Source: a virus
Taxonomy: Duplodnaviria > Caudoviricetes
Length of the DNA: 51,118 nucleotides
IMG/VR virus record: IMGVR_UViG_3300009706_000001
Location: 1 to 51,118 of that record
Direction: 5' to 3' (one strand)
Shown here: one piece after another, positions 37,228 to 46,015 of the stretch
Layout: every line of letters begins with the position of its first letter
Position numbering within the stretch: position 1 is the first letter of the stretch
Notes under the pieces: generated by a model
What the model was told of the DNA's origin: nothing
The model's database searches: none
The model's input: the letters and a program-made list of their open reading frames with translations, nothing else
Program-made: the position numbers and the translations under genes

Positions 37228-37324
37228 GCGAGTGAATCGTGCCGTCCCTGTGGAATCGCTTCGCGCTACCACAAGGGACTTGGAAAACCCGGCTTCGCCG
37301 GTTTCCCACACGATTACACATCGC
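37228..37324 (-). ncRNA. Structured three-way-junction element in the nrdJ leader
   Basis: closing stem gcga-gtg-aatcgtg/cacgatt-cac-tcgc plus two hairpins, both capped GCGAAGC. Confidence 0.6.
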
Positions 37325-37367
37325 CTTCTACTACGTACTTAACAAACGACACCGAACGGACGAGCCG

Positions 37368-37688
37368 TTAGGCCCGAAAATATTTCGACCGACGCTTTAT
37401 TTTAATCCGATTATACGCCCGCCACCACGTACTTTTGGTCTGTTCATCCATGTCGACCACGAAATTCCTGGCCCGCATCGTGACCGTGGACTCTTTCCAC
37501 AACGGCTTTACCCGATGCAGCACTTCATGTACCACAATTTCCAACACCGCGCAGCGTGGGTCAATCCAAATATCTTTCCCACTTTGCAATCCTTGGACTT
37601 GATGTTTCTGTTCTGTATCCCGAAGGGCGCATTCGTAAATACGTCCCTTTTTTAACTCGGCGAACAGGTCATCCAAGGATACAGTCAT
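37368..37688 (-). CDS. Small HExxH metallopeptidase-like protein
   Basis: IWIDP..VVHEVLH..E. Confidence 0.7.
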   Translation of the reverse strand: MTVSLDDLFAELKKGRIYECALRDTEQKHQVQGLQSGKDIWIDPRCAVLEIVVHEVLHRVKPLWKESTVTMRARNFVVDMDEQTKSTWWRAYNRIKIKRRSKYFRA

Positions 37689-37934
37689 TTATCCTTCTGC
37701 GTGTACATGGTTGTAATGTCCAGGCACTTGCCAGAGCACGCGATACCCATACTCTGTGAGCCAGCGCGCCAGCCCATGCAAATCCGAGCTATGGAAATCG
37801 AGAGCCCGATTCTCGTAATGTAACGAGCGTTGCGCATGGATATGGTCGTTCGCGCTCACGACGCGTAAGGACTCAGCATTTCGGGTGGCCCATGTTTGTG
37901 CAACATGGAAGAGGGGATGCAGACGTTTGTCCAT
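37689..37934 (-). CDS. Minimal M15-like (Hedgehog/DD-peptidase fold) peptidase
   Basis: SLHYENRALD...HVH zinc-ligand pattern. Confidence 0.7.
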   Translation of the reverse strand: MDKRLHPLFHVAQTWATRNAESLRVVSANDHIHAQRSLHYENRALDFHSSDLHGLARWLTEYGYRVLWQVPGHYNHVHAEG

Positions 37935-37936
37935 GT

Positions 37937-38170
37937 TTACCGAGACTCGAAGACCCCGGATGTGGATCTCTGAGTCTCGACCGTAGGAGGGACAAGATAC
38001 CCCTGTGTTGCCAAAAGATTATTCTGCGATTCGATGGCTTGTGCTTGGCGCACCAAGGCCGATTGGAATTGTTGCGTGCGATTATTTTCTTGGACATTCA
38101 TTAACCCAAGGACACCTGCGGCCACGAGCCATGGCAACAAGTGAGACCGAAATTCTACCCATATCTCCAT
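37937..38170 (-). CDS. Single-TM membrane protein
   Basis: SD GGAGG; LLPWLVAAGVLGLM followed by a coiled coil. Confidence 0.65.
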   Translation of the reverse strand: MEIWVEFRSHLLPWLVAAGVLGLMNVQENNRTQQFQSALVRQAQAIESQNNLLATQGYLVPPTVETQRSTSGVFESR

Positions 38171-38181
38171 GCGACCTCCGC

Positions 38182-38218
38182 AAAAAATGGAGAGGAAGAG
38201 GTGACCCTCTTCCCCTCC
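38182..38218 (-). terminator. Rho-independent terminator
   Basis: ggaggggaagagg-gtca-cctcttcctctcc followed by T6. Confidence 0.85.
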
Positions 38219-38227
38219 GAGTTTAAC

Positions 38228-39010
38228 TTACCCCTTGCGCTTGTTCTGATACGGTCCAAGTTCCTTATTGTCGGCATCAGATACCGGAACAGGTTTCCCT
38301 AGCTTGAGCTTCGCGTCCATGACAGCTCCATAGGACGTAGTCAACTGTGTATGGTATCCGCCATTACCATCCTTGAAGTCGGGAAGTTTAAATGTCGCGT
38401 TCTTCCAGTGCTGGCCCTTCGCCGCCTTGGACAGCTCTTCACCACCGTTCAAGTCCGTTGCCTTCTCAATTTCTGACATGGCGCGTTCTTTGTCCTTCGC
38501 AAAGTACCCGAGACGGCACACAAACGGCGTGCCTTGCATGATCGTATTGAGAGCAGTATCCCACAACTTATCGAAATGTGTGCCGATATCTTCTGACTCC
38601 GAGAAGGCCCGGAGCATATCAACATGACCGCAGGAATTCATATAGATTGCCCGACCGTCGTCTTCTGTGCCAATCTGTAGCGGGTTGCCATTCCGATCGT
38701 TCCATCTATACGGCGAAGTCATGACCGTCGAATCCTGTACGTAAAATCGCCCAGCGAATTCTTCAGGCTCCAGTATTTCAATCCGCTCAATGGCAATCTG
38801 CGGGTAGCGATTTGTTTCTGTCGCAGGATCAAAATTCAAGATACGCTCGCCATCTCGATTTGTTCTCCACGCAGCCTCAAGCACTCGAATCTTATAGAAC
38901 CCAGGCTTGGGAAGATTCATCACCCGAGCCGTGTTCGCCTCGGCAGTCGCCAAGATGGCAGGGTTGTAAATCATAGGGTCATTCGCTATCTCTACGTCTT
39001 GTATACTCAT
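38228..39010 (-). CDS. Putative ssDNA-binding protein
   Basis: LPKPGFYKIRV N-terminus; follows the Sak4-like ATPase. Confidence 0.45.
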   Translation of the reverse strand: MSIQDVEIANDPMIYNPAILATAEANTARVMNLPKPGFYKIRVLEAAWRTNRDGERILNFDPATETNRYPQIAIERIEILEPEEFAGRFYVQDSTVMTSPYRWNDRNGNPLQIGTEDDGRAIYMNSCGHVDMLRAFSESEDIGTHFDKLWDTALNTIMQGTPFVCRLGYFAKDKERAMSEIEKATDLNGGEELSKAAKGQHWKNATFKLPDFKDGNGGYHTQLTTSYGAVMDAKLKLGKPVPVSDADNKELGPYQNKRKG

Positions 39011-39015
39011 GTAAT

Positions 39016-40047
39016 CTATGCTCCTTCAATAGTCTTCGGTCCAACGAGTGAGGCCTGTTTCCCTAAGGAAATTTCGTGTAATGCTTTGTAGTAATCCAAG
39101 ATGCCTACTCCCGCATCGGCCCCCACGAAATATTGTGCAATCTTTTTGGCGTCCACGTTTCTCGTACAGCCCTTGAAGCGGGTCAAGACGGTCCCGTTTG
39201 GATGGAAATGATCGCGGGTATAGCAGCGAAATTCGAGATCGAATTCGTCTACTTTTCTATTCGTAAATGTATCATCATGTTTCACACGCTTGCCGACAGA
39301 TTGCATGTGCACAGTGTTCCCAAAGACACGTTGAATCTTATCGGTCAAGGCTTTCCCAATGACTTCTGGCCCCGCGATCTGTTCTTTAATCAACGGATTC
39401 TTTTCGGGATCATTGACGGTTTCGTGCGCGGTCCAGATAACATGGCAGGGGAGCCCATTACTTTGTTGGATAATGGTGGGCAGTTTCGTCTGCACATACA
39501 GGTAATGCGCCTGTGCCGTACCCCCCCAGCGTAGCCCAGGTCCGGTGCCTTCAATGGCTTTCCCCGTCTTCGGATCGACATCTGCATCCACGGTCTTATA
39601 TGAGGCATCTTGCCCGATCTTGGTGCCATGCGCCGCATGCCAACAGCACCCCCCTTTGATATCGCCTATCATGTAGGTCGCTGCGGTGCTAATGCCTTCG
39701 AAGACGTAGATACCAATGTTGTCTTTAATGTAGGGAATGTCGGGAGGCCGTAACTCAGAATGGCTTTCGTCTGATTCCCCCGCCTTCAACCACGGCCACC
39801 ATCCTGAGGCGAGTTGATACAGCACAGAGGTGGGCCAGGACCGCGCTTGAAAGGATACGGACTCCGCAATTCCGGCGTCCAGCAAATGCCGATAGGTCAT
39901 CAACGAGCCATCGCCAATCACCAGGCGGGCTTTCTTTCCTGTTTCACGATAGACCTGTTCGATGACTCGGGCGGCACATTCGCTTTTTCCAGACGCGGGT
40001 TGGCCATAATAGAGATCAAAGAGTTTTATCTGCGGGAGGAAATTCAT
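39016..40047 (-). CDS. AAA_24 / Sak4-like recombination ATPase
   Basis: YGQPASGKS; HVIWTAHE. Confidence 0.75.
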   Translation of the reverse strand: MNFLPQIKLFDLYYGQPASGKSECAARVIEQVYRETGKKARLVIGDGSLMTYRHLLDAGIAESVSFQARSWPTSVLYQLASGWWPWLKAGESDESHSELRPPDIPYIKDNIGIYVFEGISTAATYMIGDIKGGCCWHAAHGTKIGQDASYKTVDADVDPKTGKAIEGTGPGLRWGGTAQAHYLYVQTKLPTIIQQSNGLPCHVIWTAHETVNDPEKNPLIKEQIAGPEVIGKALTDKIQRVFGNTVHMQSVGKRVKHDDTFTNRKVDEFDLEFRCYTRDHFHPNGTVLTRFKGCTRNVDAKKIAQYFVGADAGVGILDYYKALHEISLGKQASLVGPKTIEGA

Positions 40048-40059
40048 ATCGCGTATCCT

Positions 40060-41145
40060 TTATGTAGCATGGTGATCTTCACGGGCTTTATATATACTAT
40101 CATCAAGTTGCTCTCCATCCCAACACATTCGGTGGTACGGGCAAATATAATCGAGCCCATATTTTAAACATGCGTCTGGGTTCTTCTCAACGAGCATCTC
40201 CAAATTGGTGCGATAGGAATCCGACTGACGGCCATTGACGCGTGCGTCCTGCGCCAACACCTGCACCCGATCGGCCCAGCGTAATTCCGCAGACATCACA
40301 CTGTTCTTTGTTTCCAAGAGTTGGGCAAATGAAGGCAACAGGAGCCCCGTGGTGCAATAGAGTTCCTCTAAAATGTGTTGCGATTGCGCCCACTGGAGCC
40401 ACTCCTCATCACTTATCCCTAGCAGAGAGACGCGCTTGCCTCCGGGCATATACCGGGCATGGATATGCTCGTCCCCCTTGCACAGATAGCCCGCTACGAA
40501 TGGTGACTTCTGTTGGAGTTGCGCATTTAAGCTCCCAATGATAATCCCTTCGTAGATCATCCCGGACACCCATTCGCCTGAGCGTTCCCGCAAGGCTTGG
40601 ATATATAGATGCGTCTGCTCGCTGTGCATCATACGGGCGACCCACTGCTTGTCGGGCGCACGCATTGTTTTGAAATCAAGAATCGCCAGTGTCTGATCCT
40701 CGTTGGACCGCAGGACCCGATCCAGTCGTAGCGACTGGGTCACCCCCTCGCACATCTGCCATTGCCATTCTTGTTCAGATGACATCGTGGTGTAGGTATC
40801 GAGCATCGACTGACGATGCACCGCCCAGCCCTTCAGGGCTCGCCGTATCAAGACTTTCTGTTCATCCCGGACTTGTGGGTCCAAGACCAGACACGCCTCA
40901 TCCAGGTAAGGATCAAGCGGTTCTTCGAGAAAGAGTTTTTCTGCGGCCCCATGGAGAATCTGACCACGCAGTCGTGGCACAGACCCTTTGATGGACGCTT
41001 CTTCGTTTGGGACCACCCCCGGCGTGTCCTGTGCTTCCGTCAGTTGCTCATGGTAGTTCAAATACCGTTTCATCTCACACGTCTTGCGTGTAATCACGGC
41101 ACTTCGGCTAATCATAATCGGTGGAGCTGCTTCTATCTCACTCAT
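40060..41145 (-). CDS. PD-(D/E)XK (RecB/Cas4-like) exonuclease
   Basis: G..LH, RLD, DFKT, Q..Y; N-terminal Cys plus C-terminal C..CPY..C cluster. Confidence 0.85.
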   Translation of the reverse strand: MSEIEAAPPIMISRSAVITRKTCEMKRYLNYHEQLTEAQDTPGVVPNEEASIKGSVPRLRGQILHGAAEKLFLEEPLDPYLDEACLVLDPQVRDEQKVLIRRALKGWAVHRQSMLDTYTTMSSEQEWQWQMCEGVTQSLRLDRVLRSNEDQTLAILDFKTMRAPDKQWVARMMHSEQTHLYIQALRERSGEWVSGMIYEGIIIGSLNAQLQQKSPFVAGYLCKGDEHIHARYMPGGKRVSLLGISDEEWLQWAQSQHILEELYCTTGLLLPSFAQLLETKNSVMSAELRWADRVQVLAQDARVNGRQSDSYRTNLEMLVEKNPDACLKYGLDYICPYHRMCWDGEQLDDSIYKAREDHHAT

Positions 41146-41315
41146 GCGTCAAGCTCTTTTATTAAATTCTTGAGTTTATCAATGTTGTGTTTGTGAATTC
41201 CACCTGAGGTTTTGAAGAAATAACTTAATCCTGATTTCCCAATGATAGCCGAAGCAAGAATGGCTGTCGCCACTAATGTTGCTGGCCGTCGTGAGTCACC
41301 CATGGGGTCAGTCAT
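41142..41315 (-). CDS. Small hypothetical protein
   Basis: 57 aa overlapping both neighbours. Confidence 0.5.
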   Translation of the reverse strand: MTDPMGDSRRPATLVATAILASAIIGKSGLSYFFKTSGGIHKHNIDKLKNLIKELDA

Positions 41316-42189
41316 GTTGGGGTTTTTTAATCCGTCGATATGCATTGGATTGTGAAATGCCAAGGGATCGGGCAATCCGTTCGGCATGTTGGTTGTCACT
41401 TTCAGTAGGGAATTCTTTGATAATTCGTTCGAATGCGCTGGCAAAGGCTTCTTCGGCTTCTCGTTCGACATGGATAAATCCTCTCTCATCTTGGTGAATA
41501 GGAAATTGTAATTGCCCGGTGGCCCGCCCCTTAAAGACTAATCGTTTCGGACTAACCTTAATGATCACATCCATGCGACCACTCACGTAGCTACTGCCAC
41601 GTTGCTGATCCATCAGGTCATCATTTCCTGACGACGTAAGGAGAGAATCCTTACGGCTATGGCTGACTAACACGATCGCCGCTGGTCGACAGATCCCCAC
41701 CAAGGTCGCAATGACATTGCGCATCACGGTTGAATCGTTTTCATCTCCGGCATGGATCTCTCGCATGGTATCAATAACGACCATGATCGGTTTGATGCGC
41801 GCAATCTCTTTGCGGAACCAGTCCAGCTCTTTTTTGTGGGGGTTCAAGATGTCAAAAGGGAAATTGGGTACTTGCCACATGTCTGCAATCCAAAGACGTT
41901 CAGTGGCCTCAGAGCTGGACCAGGACATCCGCAGCACGCGTGCCGCCCACTCTTCACGGGGGGTATCGATTTGGAGATAGGCCACGGGCCCATGCTTGTG
42001 AATGGTAAAGCCTTGCCAGTCAGGCGCCTGATTGGCGATGGCTTCCACCATCCCTAACATGAGAAACGATTTCCCTGACTTGGGTTTCCCAAAGACGTTT
42101 ACTAATCCTCCTACAGGGATGAGTTTTTCGACCACCCACGGTTGGGGTTCTCGTGGGAGGTCCAGATAGGCAGAGACAGGAACAAACAT
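41308..42189 (-). CDS. AAA_25 RepA-like helicase with C-terminal HTH
   Basis: WVVEKLIP..GKPKSGKS, VVIDT, DEND, HSRK, RGSS. Confidence 0.88.
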   Translation of the reverse strand: MFVPVSAYLDLPREPQPWVVEKLIPVGGLVNVFGKPKSGKSFLMLGMVEAIANQAPDWQGFTIHKHGPVAYLQIDTPREEWAARVLRMSWSSSEATERLWIADMWQVPNFPFDILNPHKKELDWFRKEIARIKPIMVVIDTMREIHAGDENDSTVMRNVIATLVGICRPAAIVLVSHSRKDSLLTSSGNDDLMDQQRGSSYVSGRMDVIIKVSPKRLVFKGRATGQLQFPIHQDERGFIHVEREAEEAFASAFERIIKEFPTESDNQHAERIARSLGISQSNAYRRIKKPQHD

Positions 42190-42518
42190 TAATGAATAAC
42201 CACGTTATCAGTGAGCACTTGTGCGGCGAATTCAAATTGTGAGTGCGTGTTCTGGAGAGTGTCCTTTTGTACCTGTTGTAACGCCTCCGTGACGGTCGCA
42301 GACATCGTGGCTAACGTCTTTTTATTCCCCTTGAAATCGCTTGCGGCACTCGCCATGGTTAAGATAATGCCTGACACCGTTAAGACGGATAATTGCAGTG
42401 CAGCAAACGTGGTGAGCACGTTGAGGTTTTCATCGAGGGCCGTTTGCACCAAGGTGTCCGACAGTTCGCACGCGAGCTTTGGATCAACCCAGAGATATTC
42501 TTTTTCATCCTCATTCAT
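42189..42518 (-). CDS. Hypothetical protein
   Basis: TAATG coupling to the helicase. Confidence 0.65.
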   Translation of the reverse strand: MNEDEKEYLWVDPKLACELSDTLVQTALDENLNVLTTFAALQLSVLTVSGIILTMASAASDFKGNKKTLATMSATVTEALQQVQKDTLQNTHSQFEFAAQVLTDNVVIH

Positions 42519-42565
42519 AACGCCCCTTATCTTGACATAAATTTGGCTATACACCAAGGGAAAAG

Positions 42566-42640
42566 TTTTCACGCGTGTGAAATACTGATAAGTCGTTCTT
42601 CCCGTGCATGTTAGCTCTATTTTTTCATTGAGTTTTCACC
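42566..42640. promoter_or_regulatory. Second 25-bp-dyad/TTTCA-repeat locus
   Basis: taagtcgttcttcccgtgcatgtta 42589-42613 flanked by ttttcac/gtgaaa repeats. Confidence 0.55.
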
Positions 42641-42671
42641 ACCCCTTATAGGGTGATGGCTGATACGACCT

Positions 42672-43382
42672 CTACGTCCTTGGGAAAAGTGGAGTTACTC
42701 CAGCGAGGCTCGACTGCGGTGTGACATCACGATAGCCATGCCGCTGCAACGACAACGGATGTTGGCGATAATGCTGGTCTACCGCCAACATCATGGCGTG
42801 AATAAGACGTGAGGGGATGTGATGCGAGCCCTCAGTATGCACGGCACATGTCTTTTCGTGTTGATACCGACTGTTCGGGCACACAGGCTCGATACAGGTC
42901 AGTGTGCTCGGAGAGGACTCCTGTTGTGCGGGAGGCCCTCCACCGAGATCTGCCACATGTGAGAACTGGAAGACCGTGCGGCGGTCCGTAAACTTATGCT
43001 TCCGGGCCCATGTATAGATGGAGGCGTATTCGTTCTTCCAGGGATAGCCTGCTGGCGGTATGTGCAAGGCCCCAAGAATGCATGACAGTCTGTAGCAAAA
43101 CTGCTTCCCGTGCATGTGCCCTTCCCCCGGATGATACTTCTCTGTCAGCACATGTGCAAACTCATGCAGGCAGACAGGGAGCCTCCCCATGGGGGACGCA
43201 TCCGAGATCACCAGCTGCGCACGAGGCCGCCGCCGGGGATACGCCTTACTCAGTCCTGTGTATTTGTGCCGTACGCGTGGAGGCGCAACATCAAAGTGTT
43301 TTGCCAGCCACATAATGAGGGCACATTGGTCTTGTCGTGTGCGAATGTGTAACGATGGTCGATCAGTTAATTTTTTGGACAA
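42672..43382 (-). CDS. SprT-like HExxH metalloprotease
   Basis: LHEFAH..HGKQF. Confidence 0.7.
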   Translation of the reverse strand: MSKKLTDRPSLHIRTRQDQCALIMWLAKHFDVAPPRVRHKYTGLSKAYPRRRPRAQLVISDASPMGRLPVCLHEFAHVLTEKYHPGEGHMHGKQFCYRLSCILGALHIPPAGYPWKNEYASIYTWARKHKFTDRRTVFQFSHVADLGGGPPAQQESSPSTLTCIEPVCPNSRYQHEKTCAVHTEGSHHIPSRLIHAMMLAVDQHYRQHPLSLQRHGYRDVTPQSSLAGVTPLFPRT

Positions 43383-43602
43383 CGACCCTACCCTCCACGA
43401 TGTTTGTGCGCACCTTGCAGCCCTGGCGTTTCGCGGCTTGAATCATACTGGATCGCACGGACTTGGGCGAGTCGCCGCCCGCATCCTCCCCAGGGTTCAA
43501 TGACCACACTTGGCCGTCAAGATACTGTTTAAGATTATAGGCCTTCTTGTGCTGGCCTTGCGTGCGGAAACTAAAGTCGGGATCGGTAACTACATACGCC
43601 AT
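43363..43602 (-). CDS. Small basic hypothetical protein
   Basis: SD AAGGAG. Confidence 0.7.
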   Translation of the reverse strand: MAYVVTDPDFSFRTQGQHKKAYNLKQYLDGQVWSLNPGEDAGGDSPKSVRSSMIQAAKRQGCKVRTNIVEGRVVVQKIN

Positions 43603-43644
43603 TTTGTGCTCCTTTGCTGTTTCCGTATTTTTTCCAGTATGGGC

Positions 43645-43932
43645 TCATTGTTCTCCATAGTCTCGTCTATTCTGAGGAGGTTGCACAGATATTTTCTGAT
43701 GTTGTATAGATAGTTCCTCGCACCTGTCCAGGTGATCTCTCACACCTGCGGCCATGCATCGTTCTACAAATATGGTGGCTTGTTCCATACTTATGCGTGG
43801 ATAGAGCACGCTGTCGATGGGTGCGGATAAGATCGTGGTTACCTCCATCTCATGTGCACTTCGCACTTCGGACCCGGCAGTAAACGTCACAAGGTCTTGA
43901 CTTAATTGTTGTTTCGTCGGTGATTGTATCAT
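43645..43932 (-). CDS. Hypothetical protein
   Basis: ORF in the early operon. Confidence 0.5.
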   Translation of the reverse strand: MIQSPTKQQLSQDLVTFTAGSEVRSAHEMEVTTILSAPIDSVLYPRISMEQATIFVERCMAAGVRDHLDRCEELSIQHQKISVQPPQNRRDYGEQ

Positions 43933-44003
43933 ACCTGCATCCTTTTTTAATTACTGCGAGATGTCCGTGCGGGGTCGGCCATCGCGTCGTCCAGATTACC
44001 GGA

Positions 44004-44525
44004 TTACTCATCGTCCGCCCGTGGGTGTTCGCGACGCGTCCATTCCAGAATAAATCGTGCATCCCATTGACCGCGGTTGCGTTTTCGGCAGCAGGTAAGG
44101 CAGGCGAGGTTCCGCCTCCGCCGGTTCCGCTCTATCTGCCCAGAACAAACGGGGCATGTGCCAATGAATTTTGACGGCGGGCGTGTAACAAGGTAGCTGT
44201 TGTAGCAGCGTTGCCCATTGCATCCGATAGCCCGTGCTTGTGCGACCCATGTCGGGCCATGTCCGACCCCGCTCCCAACGAGCGCGTGCGCGATTTCGTG
44301 GAGGATCGTATCTTTTGCCTCCGCATACGTGTTGAGCGCACAGAGGGGCTTTGAGATCGTGATGCTGAGTCTACTGTAGCGGCAATATCCGAAACGACGA
44401 ATGGCATTGTCCCACTCAAATGTCCAGCCCTGCTGCGTTAGCCCATGCTCGTGGAGTGATTGCCTCGCGAGTCGCTCAATAGCTTCCAGGTGCATCGATA
44501 TGGGCCATCCTTGCATAGTAGTCAT
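44004..44525 (-). CDS. SprT-like metalloprotease with zinc ribbon
   Basis: RRFGYC, TILHEIAHAL, GHGPTW, CPVC...CLTC. Confidence 0.88.
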   Translation of the reverse strand: MTTMQGWPISMHLEAIERLARQSLHEHGLTQQGWTFEWDNAIRRFGYCRYSRLSITISKPLCALNTYAEAKDTILHEIAHALVGSGVGHGPTWVAQARAIGCNGQRCYNSYLVTRPPSKFIGTCPVCSGQIERNRRRRNLACLTCCRKRNRGQWDARFILEWTRREHPRADDE

Positions 44526-44536
44526 TGGTCTGTCTC

Positions 44537-44731
44537 CTAACTAAATCCTTGTTCCGCACGTTGGATCACACTCCGATAGACCTCAGTTATGGTACTGAGT
44601 GACGTATCCGCGTATCGTGGATCGAGATGTTCCTTGATGTAGGCAATGGCGTCGTGCTCGGTCATCTGTGCCCCTCTGGCATAGTCAGCATGATGTTCCA
44701 TCTCGATGAGCCATTCTTTTATTTTTCCCAT
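44537..44731 (-). CDS. Small hypothetical protein
   Basis: MGKIKEWLIEME; SD ggagg. Confidence 0.65.
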   Translation of the reverse strand: MGKIKEWLIEMEHHADYARGAQMTEHDAIAYIKEHLDPRYADTSLSTITEVYRSVIQRAEQGFS

Positions 44732-44759
44732 GTGCGTTATTGAATCCTCCATAATAGTA

Positions 44760-45041
44760 TTATCCGTTGTTAGGATGGCTGCCCCAATAATTGAGCAAGC
44801 GCATCCACTCACGTTGTGTCGTTGGCGTGGGTGCCGTGTAAATCTCACACTCCTGTATCGCAAACGGCCCAACTTTACGATCGCCATTCTCGTCATACGG
44901 AGATCCGAGCGACTCATCGTATGTGGCTGCTTGTTCGCGGTCCCACGCCTTCGCCGCCTCCCGGCTCTCGCGTTGTGATGTGAAGTATTTGTATCCCATG
45001 CTTATGTTGTCTTGAGATCCAAGCCCTACGCGATAAATCAT
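44760..45041 (-). CDS. Hypothetical protein
   Basis: SD gggag; ends SHPNNG. Confidence 0.65.
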   Translation of the reverse strand: MIYRVGLGSQDNISMGYKYFTSQRESREAAKAWDREQAATYDESLGSPYDENGDRKVGPFAIQECEIYTAPTPTTQREWMRLLNYWGSHPNNG

Positions 45042-45133
45042 CGTCTGTCTCCCGTCTCGGCGCAGTGTTGGCAGCGGATACCAATCGGATCGCGTACCCA
45101 CTTGAGGCAGGTGGGGCACTGCCACAGGGGCAT
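45038..45133 (-). CDS. 31-aa micro zinc-finger protein
   Basis: MPLWQCPTC...RCQHC; ATGA-coupled to the next gene. Confidence 0.45.
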   Translation of the reverse strand: MPLWQCPTCLKWVRDPIGIRCQHCAETGDRR

Positions 45134-45146
45134 TCGTTTCGATTTA

Positions 45147-45347
45147 TTAGTCATCGGTCTGTTCCTTTAGCTCTAGGCCTGCTCGATCGGAGAAGCGGGC
45201 GACGAGCGCATGTAACTCGTCCTGCGCCCTGTTTATCCACTGCCGCATCGCGTCTACGGGGTGCTTATCCGGCTCACTCGCCAGCGCATTGATCAAGAGG
45301 TCTATCTGTTGTCGCTGTGCGTTCGTCAGTTCATCGTATCGATTCAT
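45147..45347 (-). CDS. Small hypothetical protein
   Basis: SD AAGGAG; coupled. Confidence 0.65.
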   Translation of the reverse strand: MNRYDELTNAQRQQIDLLINALASEPDKHPVDAMRQWINRAQDELHALVARFSDRAGLELKEQTDD

Positions 45348-45628
45348 GCTGTGACTCCTTTTTCGATGGTATACCCGCGATCATTTTTCGTGACGGTGTA
45401 CTGCACCGTCCCGGTAATGGCGTTCATCTGTGGCATGTGGTCTACCCGATATTGGGCGCATGCCAGGGCCGAGATCAAGACTTGTGTACTCGCCTCGTCT
45501 ATCATGTCGTCGTCACGAGCGGCACGCACACGCACATGGGTGGCGCATAAGAGATCGAGCAAGGTATCTGTGTCGTGGTCCAGTGTGTGGCAGAGATCTG
45601 TATAGGCTTTGCCATATGGGTGTGCCAT
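45344..45628 (-). CDS. Hypothetical protein
   Basis: coupled ORF. Confidence 0.65.
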   Translation of the reverse strand: MAHPYGKAYTDLCHTLDHDTDTLLDLLCATHVRVRAARDDDMIDEASTQVLISALACAQYRVDHMPQMNAITGTVQYTVTKNDRGYTIEKGVTA

Positions 45629-45795
45629 TATGTCGGCTCCGTTTCAGTCAGCTTGGGAATCGTGGCACTTGAGAGCGCCCTAAAATACGCGTCACACGAT
45701 CGACAGAAGAAACTGTGACACGTGGGATCTAGATCTCTCCCACACGCACTGCACGCTTTCGTATCTGTCTTCTCCTGCGGGGGGTTAGTCTTCAT
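45628..45795 (-). CDS. Small zinc-finger protein
   Basis: SD AAGGAG; CSAC...CRSC. Confidence 0.6.
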   Translation of the reverse strand: MKTNPPQEKTDTKACSACGRDLDPTCHSFFCRSCDAYFRALSSATIPKLTETEPT

Positions 45796-46015
45796 AGCTA
45801 TTCTCCTTTTGGTGTGTTCCGTGGACGTGGAGCCCACATTCCTCCGCGAATCGAACCCAATCCTCTTGCGCGAGGTATGCCGCTCGGTCGAGGTCCGCTT
45901 CCAGGTCGCTCTGCTCGCACCGCGCACACAGACAACTCGTCAAGCATGCATCCTCGATCCGCTCGCCGCAGTCCGGGCAGGTATCGTCTTCCTTGTCTCG
46001 TATGCTTACTTCCAT
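45785..46015 (-). CDS. Small zinc-finger protein
   Basis: CPDC...CARC. Confidence 0.6.
   Translation of the reverse strand: MEVSIRDKEDDTCPDCGERIEDACLTSCLCARCEQSDLEADLDRAAYLAQEDWVRFAEECGLHVHGTHQKENSYED

Noticed and set aside
40060-41145. Cas4 as evidence of a CRISPR system
   Set aside because: It sits in a standard nuclease-Sak4-SSB recombination module
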